Origin: Patescibacteria group bacterium
Lineage (GTDB): Bacteria > Patescibacteriota > Patescibacteriia > UBA9570 > JAHJKD01
Length of the DNA stretch: 64,000 bases
Direction of reading: 5' to 3'
Assembly: GCA_041660885.1 (NCBI GenBank)
Contig: JBAZVM010000002.1
Span: forward strand, 14,025-78,024
The notes beneath the pieces were generated by a model. That model saw only the letters and a list, made by a program, of their open reading frames with translations, was not told where the DNA came from and did no database searches. The position numbers and the translations under genes were made by a program. Shown here piece by piece: positions 17,992 through 26,150 of this stretch. Positions within the stretch are counted from its first letter, which is position 1. Every line of letters begins with the position of its first letter.

Positions 17992-18888
17992 CTATTTATC
18001 TTCCTCTGGAAATTTCACGCGTAGCATGGCCATGGTACTATCATCATGATTATCACCCAAAGTGGGTTCTTGATTATCAGGATCAAAAAGCATAGTCTCC
18101 ATTTTTGTTTCTTCATTTACAATAACGAAAATAAAGTCCTCATTATCCCTGTCATTTAAAGCGTCTAAATCCACTTCTCCGTCTTTCATCGGTATAGTAT
18201 CCATATCGAATGTTTTAGATATACCATCGGTCATTAAAACAACTATATCCCCGTTCTGCAAACCATCGAATGTTCTTTTACTAATTCTGTTTTTGGGCCC
18301 TCCGATAGAGCTGGTAATAGCATTGCTTCTCTCCCCGAATTCTTGTTTCCAAGAATGCGGAACCGTGGCAAAAATAATTTTTCCACTTCTTACAACTAAA
18401 GCTATGGAATCACCCGCCCAATTCACTTCCAAATCTCTCCCTCTAATTTCCGCACAAACCATGGTAGATGCCGGATTCCTCGGTCTTGCCATGTGTTGGG
18501 TAGCGCTATCCCTTAAAACAGCCAATTCCGTATGAGCCTTTTGCATGGCCGCAGAAGCAGACCAATCCCTGCCCACTTCCTTAGCAACAATATCCACCGC
18601 CATAGCGCTAGCTTTTTCTCCACTGCTGTGCCCTCCAACACCATCAGCTACTATTAAAACTGCCCCGTCTTGAGTGTTAATAATGGCTCCGTTATCTTGA
18701 TTTTTTTTTCCATCAAATAAATGATTCGCTCCGATCTCGGTGGACAAACAAGCTTGCCCGCAAGTAGTTTCTATGATTTGGCTGAATCTTTCCTCGCTTT
18801 CGGGAATTCTAATTTCCGCTAAAACAAAACTTTTTTCTTTTTCAGTTTCTCCGGTCGCAACTATTTTTGGTTCACCGATCTCACTCAT
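17992..18888 (-). CDS. PP2C-family Ser/Thr protein phosphatase
   Basis: VADGVGGHSSGEKAS and LMTDGI motifs of PPM phosphatases. Confidence 0.75.
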   Translation of the reverse strand: MSEIGEPKIVATGETEKEKSFVLAEIRIPESEERFSQIIETTCGQACLSTEIGANHLFDGKKNQDNGAIINTQDGAVLIVADGVGGHSSGEKASAMAVDIVAKEVGRDWSASAAMQKAHTELAVLRDSATQHMARPRNPASTMVCAEIRGRDLEVNWAGDSIALVVRSGKIIFATVPHSWKQEFGERSNAITSSIGGPKNRISKRTFDGLQNGDIVVLMTDGISKTFDMDTIPMKDGEVDLDALNDRDNEDFIFVIVNEETKMETMLFDPDNQEPTLGDNHDDSTMAMLRVKFPEEDK

Positions 18889-18952
18889 AATATTATAATT
18901 GAAAATTATTTATATTCTAAGATTAAACAAGATGGACAATTCCGTCAAGAAA

Positions 18953-18978
18953 TCAAAAACCCCGCATTTCTGCGGGGC
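18953..18978 (-). terminator. rho-independent terminator of the KH-domain gene
   Basis: On the minus strand: ccccgca-gaaa-tgcgggg followed by TTTTTGATTT. Confidence 0.6.
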
Positions 18979-19006
18979 TTTGATTATAATTTAAAGAGCA
19001 AGTTGA

Positions 19007-19339
19007 TTAAATCTTTAAATTGTCCACTGCGCTCGTATCTACTACTTCTTCGGTGGCTGGCATAGCTGGGCGGGGTGCTTTCGGAGGTCTGGAACCCTCT
19101 GGTTCGTAGATCTTCAAATTCACGCGCGCTTGTCTTTTAGCGCCAACAACGCGAAGCAAAGTTCTGATAGCTTTAGCGGTTTGACCTTGGCGGCCGATTA
19201 CTTGGCCTAAGTCTTTTGAGTCGACTTTCAGGGTGATTAATACGCCCATTTCGTCGATTTTGCGTTCTGTTGAAACAGCGTCTGGATTGTCGACGATGTT
19301 CTTAACCAGATACTCCACAAACGCTTGGTCTTGTTCCAT
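19007..19339 (-). CDS. KH domain RNA-binding protein (YlqC/UPF0109 family)
   Basis: KH core LGQVIGRQGQTAKAIRTLL. Located directly downstream of rpsP, as in many bacteria. Confidence 0.8.
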   Translation of the reverse strand: MEQDQAFVEYLVKNIVDNPDAVSTERKIDEMGVLITLKVDSKDLGQVIGRQGQTAKAIRTLLRVVGAKRQARVNLKIYEPEGSRPPKAPRPAMPATEEVVDTSAVDNLKI

Positions 19340-19407
19340 AAACTCTGCTTTGAATTAATTGTTAAGCAAGTATAATTATACCTTAACGAAAATCAGTGTC
19401 AAGAATA

Positions 19408-19821
19408 TTATTTTTTCGGTTCTTCTTTCTTAGTTTCCGCCGGTTTTACTTCTTCTTTTTTCGCTTCAGCGGGCTTCTCTTCTTTAGCCGGAGCCTTGGC
19501 TGCTTTGGCAGCCTCATTCTTGGCTTTGTCGTCTGCGGCTTTTTTGCCTTTTTTAGTGGCTACCACGCGGCGCTTTTTGCCTTCTATTATTTTGGCGTTG
19601 ATGAGCATGTTATTAACAGTAGCCGTGGTTTGCGCGCCTTTGCTTATCCAATACTTAATCCTATCCGTTTTTAAATTCATGGTCGGCGGATTAGTATGGG
19701 TATTGTAGCTTCCCAATAACTCAATGGATCGGGAAGACGGGGACCAATCTTGATCCTGCAGAACCAAGCGAAAATAAGGTTGATTTTTTCGGCCGATTCT
19801 TGAAAGTCTAATTACTAGCAT
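19408..19821 (-). CDS. rpsP: 30S ribosomal protein S16 with Lys/Ala/Glu-rich C-terminal tail
   Basis: MLVIRLSRIGRKNQPYFRLV is the canonical S16 N-terminus. The ORF track extends it 13 codons upstream to 19860. Confidence 0.85.
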   Translation of the reverse strand: MLVIRLSRIGRKNQPYFRLVLQDQDWSPSSRSIELLGSYNTHTNPPTMNLKTDRIKYWISKGAQTTATVNNMLINAKIIEGKKRRVVATKKGKKAADDKAKNEAAKAAKAPAKEEKPAEAKKEEVKPAETKKEEPKK

Positions 19822-19887
19822 AATTTTTTGTAATAAAAAACTCTTAATTATTAAGAGCACTTAGTTTAGCGATAAAACTATAATACT

Positions 19888-20985
19888 TCATTTACTCTTG
19901 CTTGTCAACGCATGCTTGATGTAACCCATTTTATAGAGCAATTCCGCGTTTAAAATGTTTCCGCCCGCGGCGCCGCGCACCAAATTATGGCTTAAGCCGA
20001 CAAATTTATAATCCAACACAGGGCATTTTCTCAGCCTCCCAACGGACACGGCCATGGCTTTATCTTCGTCTCTGTCTATTAAGGGCTGGGGCCTGTTATT
20101 ATCTGAATAATATCTAATCGGCTGTTTAGGCGCCAAAGGCAGACAATATTGCTGGGGCAAAGCTTTAAAATTTTTCCATATCTGTAAAATCTGTTTTTGG
20201 CTCGGTTTTCTTTTGCCAAACAAAACGCTTACGCATGCCATATGCCCATGCACCACGGGCACGCGATTGCAGTGCGCGGAAATTTTTAATCCGGGATAAT
20301 CTTTTAATATTTTCAAAGGTTCTTGCTCTGTTTTTTCTTCTTCACCATCTATATAGGGAATAACATTTTCCGCAATGCCAAATTCTTTGATAGATGTAGC
20401 CCCGGCTCCGGAAATGGCTTGCATAGTGGTTACCATTATTTTTTTTATGTCGTATCCGGCTTTAAGCAATGCGTAAACCGGAAGCAAATAACTTTGCAAA
20501 CTGCAATTCGGCTTTACTACTATAAATCCTTTTATTTTATAGTGCTTTTGCTGACGAACAATTTCTCTGATATGGCTCGCGTTAATTTCCGGAATAAGCA
20601 ATGGCACGTCTTTGCTAAAACGATGCGCCGAGTTATTGGAAAAAACAGCCATACCGGCTTTGGAATAAGCCAACTCTAATTTTTTGATATCATTATGGCT
20701 CGGCATCTTCACGGCGGAAAAAATTACAGCGCATTTTTTAGCCGCTTCTTTGATATTATTTATATTGTCTACTTTAATACTAGTGCACTCTTTGGGAATC
20801 TGGCTTTTAATGTGCCAGCGCCCGGCCACGGCCTTTTTATAGGTCTTGCCAGCGGAATTTTTTGAAGCCGCTAAATAAACCACGGAAAACCAAGGATGAT
20901 TTCTAAGTAAATGTACATACTCTTGGCCAACCAGACCCGTGGCCCCTAAAATTCCTACTGGTATTTTTTTCTGCTTACGCGGCAT
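19888..20985 (-). CDS. asd: aspartate-semialdehyde dehydrogenase
   Basis: GILGATGLVGQ NAD(P)-binding motif and active-site Cys in KPNCSLQS. 365 aa. Confidence 0.85.
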   Translation of the reverse strand: MPRKQKKIPVGILGATGLVGQEYVHLLRNHPWFSVVYLAASKNSAGKTYKKAVAGRWHIKSQIPKECTSIKVDNINNIKEAAKKCAVIFSAVKMPSHNDIKKLELAYSKAGMAVFSNNSAHRFSKDVPLLIPEINASHIREIVRQQKHYKIKGFIVVKPNCSLQSYLLPVYALLKAGYDIKKIMVTTMQAISGAGATSIKEFGIAENVIPYIDGEEEKTEQEPLKILKDYPGLKISAHCNRVPVVHGHMACVSVLFGKRKPSQKQILQIWKNFKALPQQYCLPLAPKQPIRYYSDNNRPQPLIDRDEDKAMAVSVGRLRKCPVLDYKFVGLSHNLVRGAAGGNILNAELLYKMGYIKHALTSKSK

Positions 20986-20990
20986 ATCGG

Positions 20991-21884
20991 TTAATTACAA
21001 ATAATAGTCCCTGGTGATTGAAAATTATATGTATTTTTTATTATTATGGGTATGTTTTTCTTTTGTGCCGGAACCATGGTAAGAGGATGCAAAACTTTCG
21101 CGCCGGCTTTGGCCATTTTAATAGCCTGCGCGTAATTTATTTTTTCTATCAACTTGGCTTTTTTCTTTTTTTTGGGATCAGCGCTGTATAAACCATCAAC
21201 ATCAGTCCATATTTCTATTACCTTGGCCTGTAAAGCCGCTCCCAAAATAGCGGCCGTGTAATCCGATGTGCCGCGGCCCATGGTTGTGGTTTGCTTTTTT
21301 TTATCGGCGGCGATAAAACCGGTAACTACCGGCACTCCCTTAATATTTTTCCAATATTTTTTTATTTTATTTTCCGTAGCTTTGTAATTTACTTTAGCTT
21401 TCATATAAGCGCTATCTGTTTGTATTATGTCTCGGCCGTCTACATATTGGCTTTTTATCCCCTGACAATTCAACAACTCCATAATAATATAGGCGGAAAA
21501 TCTTTCTCCGCAGCTGGCCAGCGCGTCAATATCTTTTTTTGTATATCTTTTATTATCTTTTATTTTTTTCAGTCGCTTAAAACTATCTCGACACATTGTG
21601 CTCATGGTATTGGCTAACTTTTTTTGACGCTCCTTGGGGAAAAAATGCTTAATGATATTCATGTGTCTTTCGCGAATTACTTGCAAATTGTCCAAATATT
21701 TCTTTCCTCGAGCGGCTAACAAAACGGAATGGATCAACATATTGGTAACTCCGGAAAAAGCGGAAACTACGATAACTATATTTCTTTTTTCCGCCACTTC
21801 AATGGTGGTAATAGCCAAAACACGGCGCAAGCCGGCTTCCGAGCCAACGGATGTCCCCCCGAATTTAATGACTTTATCGATCAT
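20991..21884 (-). CDS. aspartate kinase, catalytic domain only (no ACT domains)
   Basis: VIKFGGTSVG amino-acid kinase N-terminus. The protein ends at ...NTYNFQSPGTIICN, where the ACT regulatory domains normally begin. The stop lies 5 nt upstream of asd. Confidence 0.75.
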   Translation of the reverse strand: MIDKVIKFGGTSVGSEAGLRRVLAITTIEVAEKRNIVIVVSAFSGVTNMLIHSVLLAARGKKYLDNLQVIRERHMNIIKHFFPKERQKKLANTMSTMCRDSFKRLKKIKDNKRYTKKDIDALASCGERFSAYIIMELLNCQGIKSQYVDGRDIIQTDSAYMKAKVNYKATENKIKKYWKNIKGVPVVTGFIAADKKKQTTTMGRGTSDYTAAILGAALQAKVIEIWTDVDGLYSADPKKKKKAKLIEKINYAQAIKMAKAGAKVLHPLTMVPAQKKNIPIIIKNTYNFQSPGTIICN

Positions 21885-21890
21885 AACTTT

Positions 21891-24587
21891 CTAAACGCTT
21901 ACTTCTTTCCCCTGAGTCATTTTTTGAGCTTCTTCCAGCTTCACCGATAAGATGTTGCTGGCGCCGGTTACGCCCATGGTGACGCCGTATAAAATATCGG
22001 CATGGTGCATAGTAGCGCGATTATGAGTAATCACTATAAATTGAGTTTTTTTCGCGAGCTTGCGCACAATGGCGGCGAATTTTTCCGCGTTAGCTTCGTC
22101 TAAAGCCGCTTCCACTTCATCCATTACCAAGAAGGGCGGGGTATTGGCCGCGATAATGGCGCAGATTAATGATATGGCGGTCATGGATTTTTCTCCGCCG
22201 GAAAGCGCGTGCACATTATGCACTTTCTTGCCCGGAGGCGCCGCTTCAATATCAATGCCGGATATAATGCGCTGCTTCTTTTTTAATTTACCCAAAGAAA
22301 CCGGTTCTAGTTTTTTATTTTCTTCAACCGGTTCAGGTTGTCCATTAAGGGGTTTCTCTTCTTCTTTTGCTGGCTCTTCGGTAATCAATTGCAATTTAGC
22401 GTTCCCGCCGCCGAATAACACTTTAAAATATTTTTCAAAATTCTCCGCAATGGCTTTGAAAGATTTATTAAATTGCTTTTTTATGGTTATGTCCAAATCA
22501 TCAATTATTTTATCCAGCTGTTCTATAGTTGCGCGCATGTCTTTGCTTTGCGTTTTTAAAAAGTCAAAGCGTTCTTTCGTGGTGTTATACTCGTTAACGG
22601 TTTCTTGGTCGATGCTGCCTATCAATTCCAGCTGATGCTTGAAATTCTCTATCTGCATGCTGATCTCGCTTCTATTCTTAACCTGGCCGGTCCATTTGTT
22701 AATTTCCTGCACTTTTTCCAGAGGCACTTCTTTGGCGATTTCTTTATCTAAATCTTCCAGCTTTGTTTCTATCTTGGCTAATTCAATGTCTAAAAAATTT
22801 ATCTGCGAAACCAAACCGGATAACTGGTTCTGCGCGTCTTTGCTTTGATTCTGCAATTTCAGCAATTCCTGCTTTTTAAATTCTTCTTCTTCGTTGAATT
22901 TATTAATCTTATCCGAAACCTTCATCATCTTTTCTTCCAAAGTAAGGAGGGAGGCGTTAATCTTTTTATTCTTTTCTTGGAATTGAGCCAGCTGGGCATT
23001 TTTATCGTACTTTTGCTTTTGGCTTTGTTCGATATTTTTTATTTCTTTATCCAAATCCAAAGCCGCGGCTTCTTCTTTGCGGATATTTTCCTCAAGCAAC
23101 AGAGCTTTTTCCTTTTTACCTTCTATGTTAATGCGCAAATCGCTTAACGCTTTTAAAATTTCTTCTTTCTGTTCGGCTTTTCTGCTTAATTCCCTGGTTA
23201 ATATTTCTATCCTCTTTTTCTGGGCGATAATTTCTTCGTTATTTCGGCCATGCAGCTCGTCTAATAAAGAAGCCATCTGGCCTGTGATCATTTTTGCTTC
23301 CTTTTGCACTACTTTAAAAGTATTAAGATCGGTGGTATCCAGCAAGCGCTTTAAAAAATTCTCCTGTCCCGCGAAAATATCCACTAATCTTTCTCTTATT
23401 TCCGGTACGGAAAGAACTTCCAATTTTTTCTGCAATAATTCTTTGGCTTTTAAAAGCTCGTATTCCAAATTCTTAAAATCTTTATTGATCTTTTTTTCAT
23501 CGAGAAATTTAACCTCGAGTTTTTCTTCCAATTGCTTGATAATGCTTTTTAAATGTTCCACTTCCAAATTCGTGCGCTTCACATTATGCTGCACTTCCTC
23601 GTATTTGCGTTGGAGCCATACCAAATTCAGCTCTCCTTGCTTTTCCTGTTCCACTTCCAGTTTTCCGCGAAGCACTATTTGGTCTTTTAATAATTTATTC
23701 TTCTCGTTTAAATGATCGTTGTAATCGCGCTGCATTCTTTGGTACAAAGCAGTGCGCGATTCTTGCGAAGATATTTCATCTAAGAGATTTTGAATATCTT
23801 TAATGTTTTTCTCCACGAGAGCTCTTTCTTTGTTGTATTCTTCTTTACTTTTTTGCGTTAGTTTTTGCTTTTGCGCTAATTCTTCGCGCATGGATCCGTA
23901 AAATTTTATCTGCAATTCCAAAAGCTGAACTTCTATGCTTTTTCTTTTTTCTAGTTTATGCACCTGGCGGGATAGCGAACGCAATCTTGGTTCTATTTCC
24001 AAAAGAAGGTCTTCGGCTCGGGTTAAGTTATCTTCCGTGCGGATTAATTTGTTTATGGCTTGGTCGCGCTTGATTTGAAATTCTTTCACGCCCGTTGCTT
24101 CATCAAAAAAATCTTTCCGATCTTGCGGGTTGGCGTTTAAAATATCCGTAATCATGCCCTGGCCGATAACGCCATAGCTTTTCTGGCCGAAGTTCGCTTT
24201 GGCCAATAACATTATAATATCGGAAAGGCGCGCTTTATTTTTATTAATGAAATATTCGCTTTCTCCGTTTCTGTAGCACTTACGGGTGATGACCACTTCG
24301 GGATAATCTATTTTCAAACGATTGTCGTGATTGTTCAAATGCAGATCCACTTGCGCCGCGCCTAAGCGAGCCAGCTTTTTGCTGCCCGCGAAAATGGCGT
24401 CTTCCGCCTTTTTCAAACGTAACAATTTCGGGCTTTGTTCGCCCATTACCCATCTTAACGCGTCCACCACATTGGTTTTGCCGCCGCCGTTGGGGCCCAC
24501 GATGGCCACGAAAGGATGCTTAAATTCAAAAGTAGTCTTTTTCACGAAAGACTTGAATCCGGAAATAACGAGTTTATCTAGATACAT
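21891..24587 (-). CDS. smc: SMC-like chromosome segregation ATPase (short, no recognisable hinge)
   Basis: N-terminal FKSF...GPNGGGKTN Walker A, C-terminal LSGGEK signature and MDEVEAALD Walker B. The middle is a continuous K/E-rich coiled coil. 898 aa. Confidence 0.75.
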   Translation of the reverse strand: MYLDKLVISGFKSFVKKTTFEFKHPFVAIVGPNGGGKTNVVDALRWVMGEQSPKLLRLKKAEDAIFAGSKKLARLGAAQVDLHLNNHDNRLKIDYPEVVITRKCYRNGESEYFINKNKARLSDIIMLLAKANFGQKSYGVIGQGMITDILNANPQDRKDFFDEATGVKEFQIKRDQAINKLIRTEDNLTRAEDLLLEIEPRLRSLSRQVHKLEKRKSIEVQLLELQIKFYGSMREELAQKQKLTQKSKEEYNKERALVEKNIKDIQNLLDEISSQESRTALYQRMQRDYNDHLNEKNKLLKDQIVLRGKLEVEQEKQGELNLVWLQRKYEEVQHNVKRTNLEVEHLKSIIKQLEEKLEVKFLDEKKINKDFKNLEYELLKAKELLQKKLEVLSVPEIRERLVDIFAGQENFLKRLLDTTDLNTFKVVQKEAKMITGQMASLLDELHGRNNEEIIAQKKRIEILTRELSRKAEQKEEILKALSDLRINIEGKKEKALLLEENIRKEEAAALDLDKEIKNIEQSQKQKYDKNAQLAQFQEKNKKINASLLTLEEKMMKVSDKINKFNEEEEFKKQELLKLQNQSKDAQNQLSGLVSQINFLDIELAKIETKLEDLDKEIAKEVPLEKVQEINKWTGQVKNRSEISMQIENFKHQLELIGSIDQETVNEYNTTKERFDFLKTQSKDMRATIEQLDKIIDDLDITIKKQFNKSFKAIAENFEKYFKVLFGGGNAKLQLITEEPAKEEEKPLNGQPEPVEENKKLEPVSLGKLKKKQRIISGIDIEAAPPGKKVHNVHALSGGEKSMTAISLICAIIAANTPPFLVMDEVEAALDEANAEKFAAIVRKLAKKTQFIVITHNRATMHHADILYGVTMGVTGASNILSVKLEEAQKMTQGKEVSV

Positions 24588-24604
24588 AACCTCCTATTTA
24601 TTTT

Positions 24605-25303
24605 TTACCACTTTTTTATTTCAAGCCCGGCTTTAGCCGCGTTTAACTGCGCTTCTTGTTTGGAAGCGCCTTTTCCTTCGGTTACTTTCTCATCGTTTAA
24701 AAACAAGCCCACTAAAAATTTCTTGGCGTGATCCGGGCCGGTTTCTTTCAGCACTTTGTAATGCGGGGTTACGCCCAGGGCGTCTTGCGCTTTTTCCTGA
24801 AATAAAGTTTTCGGATCGATGAATAATTTATTCTTTAATATATATTTAAGTTCCGGCACCAGCTGTTTTAAAATAAATTGGGAAGCCGCGGCGAATCCGA
24901 ATTCCAAATAAATGGCCCCGGTGATGGATTCAAAGGTGTTGGCTAAAATTTGGTCTCGCGCTTTGGTGTTTTTATCTTTGGCTTCGCCTTTGCTTAAATA
25001 AAGCAAACTTTCCACTTCCATTTCTTTGGCTACCTTGGCTAACATTTGCGAATTCACCACGGACGCGCGCCAATTAGTAAGATCTCCTTCCGGAGCTTCG
25101 TAGTTTTTATATAAATATTCCGTGATTACCAATTCCAAAACCGCGTCGCCCAAGAATTCCAGGCGTTCGTTGTGCCCCAAGGGGAAATCCCGGTGCTCGT
25201 TTAAGTAAGAGCGGTGCACCAGAGCTTGAATGAGATGTGTTTTATCTTTGAAATTAAGGCCTAATCTTTTTTCTAAGGCACTGATATCTTTAAATGGTGA
25301 CAT
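24605..25303 (-). CDS. rnc: ribonuclease III
   Basis: ERLEFLGDAVL signature plus a C-terminal dsRBD. Confidence 0.9.
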   Translation of the reverse strand: MSPFKDISALEKRLGLNFKDKTHLIQALVHRSYLNEHRDFPLGHNERLEFLGDAVLELVITEYLYKNYEAPEGDLTNWRASVVNSQMLAKVAKEMEVESLLYLSKGEAKDKNTKARDQILANTFESITGAIYLEFGFAAASQFILKQLVPELKYILKNKLFIDPKTLFQEKAQDALGVTPHYKVLKETGPDHAKKFLVGLFLNDEKVTEGKGASKQEAQLNAAKAGLEIKKW

Positions 25304-25306
25304 GCG

Positions 25307-25744
25307 TTATTTTTTAGGTTCTTCTTCTTTTTTATTTTGATCCCGATAAATGCTTCCCAGCACGCCGTTGACGAATTTGCCCGAAGATGGGCCGCCGAAA
25401 GTCTTGGCCAGCTCAATGGCTTCGTTGATGGCCACTTTCGGAGGAATCTCTTTATTGTTGAAGCATAATTCGTAGATACCGATGCGCAGAACATTTCTAT
25501 CAATGATAGTGATTTGCGCGATAGGCCATTCCGGAGCGTACTTGGTAATGAATTTATCCAGTTTATCTATGTTGGCTTTTATCTTTTCCACTAAATCGAC
25601 GCTGAAATTTTGATCATCGAAATCGGCCGCGAAATCCTTTTTATTGTGTTGCAGAATTTCTTGAAGATCTTCTTTTTTATTGTTGAAATCCCATTCAAAA
25701 AGGCTTTGCAAGGCTAAGGTTCGCGATAAGTGCCGATTAGCCAT
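25307..25744 (-). CDS. nusB: transcription antitermination factor NusB
   Basis: 145 aa with the R..ALQ.LF N-terminus and a conserved [10 protein letters not shown] helix. Confidence 0.8.
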   Translation of the reverse strand: MANRHLSRTLALQSLFEWDFNNKKEDLQEILQHNKKDFAADFDDQNFSVDLVEKIKANIDKLDKFITKYAPEWPIAQITIIDRNVLRIGIYELCFNNKEIPPKVAINEAIELAKTFGGPSSGKFVNGVLGSIYRDQNKKEEEPKK

Positions 25745-25747
25745 AAT

Positions 25748-26008
25748 TTACTTAGTCTCTTTTTGTTCTTTATTGGCTTTTTCCGCTTCCGCTTGTTTCT
25801 GTAGCTTCTTCTTGGCTTTTTTATCTAATTTGGCTTCCAGTTTTAATACATCCCTTCCTTTGTAGAATCCGCAATTTTGGCAAACCATATGCGGTAAAAC
25901 CGATTTCTTGCATTTCGGGCAAGATAATAATGCTTTCTTTTTCAAAGCAAAATGCGATGCTCTTGTTTTTCTGCGTCTTGCTGGCAGACGTTTTGGCGGA
26001 ACTGTCAT
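25748..26008 (-). CDS. rpmF: 50S ribosomal protein L32 with Lys-rich C-terminal tail
   Basis: PKRLPARRRKTRASH plus a CPKC...CQNC zinc ribbon. Confidence 0.85.
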   Translation of the reverse strand: MTVPPKRLPARRRKTRASHFALKKKALLSCPKCKKSVLPHMVCQNCGFYKGRDVLKLEAKLDKKAKKKLQKQAEAEKANKEQKETK

Positions 26009-26090
26009 TTTTCTAAATGATTAATGATTAATTTGTAAATTTAATATCAATACTATAACTGAAACGCAAAAATTAATCAAGTGTAGGATA

Positions 26091-26131
26091 AAAAACAAAA
26101 AAATAGGGAACGCACGCGTGCGTTCCCTATT
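26091..26131 (-). terminator. rho-independent (bidirectional-looking) terminator
   Basis: aatagggaacgcac-gc-gtgcgttccctatt is a 14-bp stem flanked by an A-run and a T-run. Its core resembles the hairpin at 7336. Confidence 0.6.
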
Positions 26132-26150
26132 TTAATTCATTCGTAATTAT

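Noticed and set aside
22060-24636. Series of long plus-strand ORFs (22060..22635, 22639..22848, 22845..23147, 23077..23715, 24331..24636) antisense to the SMC-like gene
   Set aside because: They are F/S/L-rich mirror images of a K/E-rich coiled-coil coding sequence and have no motifs. The SMC frame has canonical head motifs and spans the whole region.
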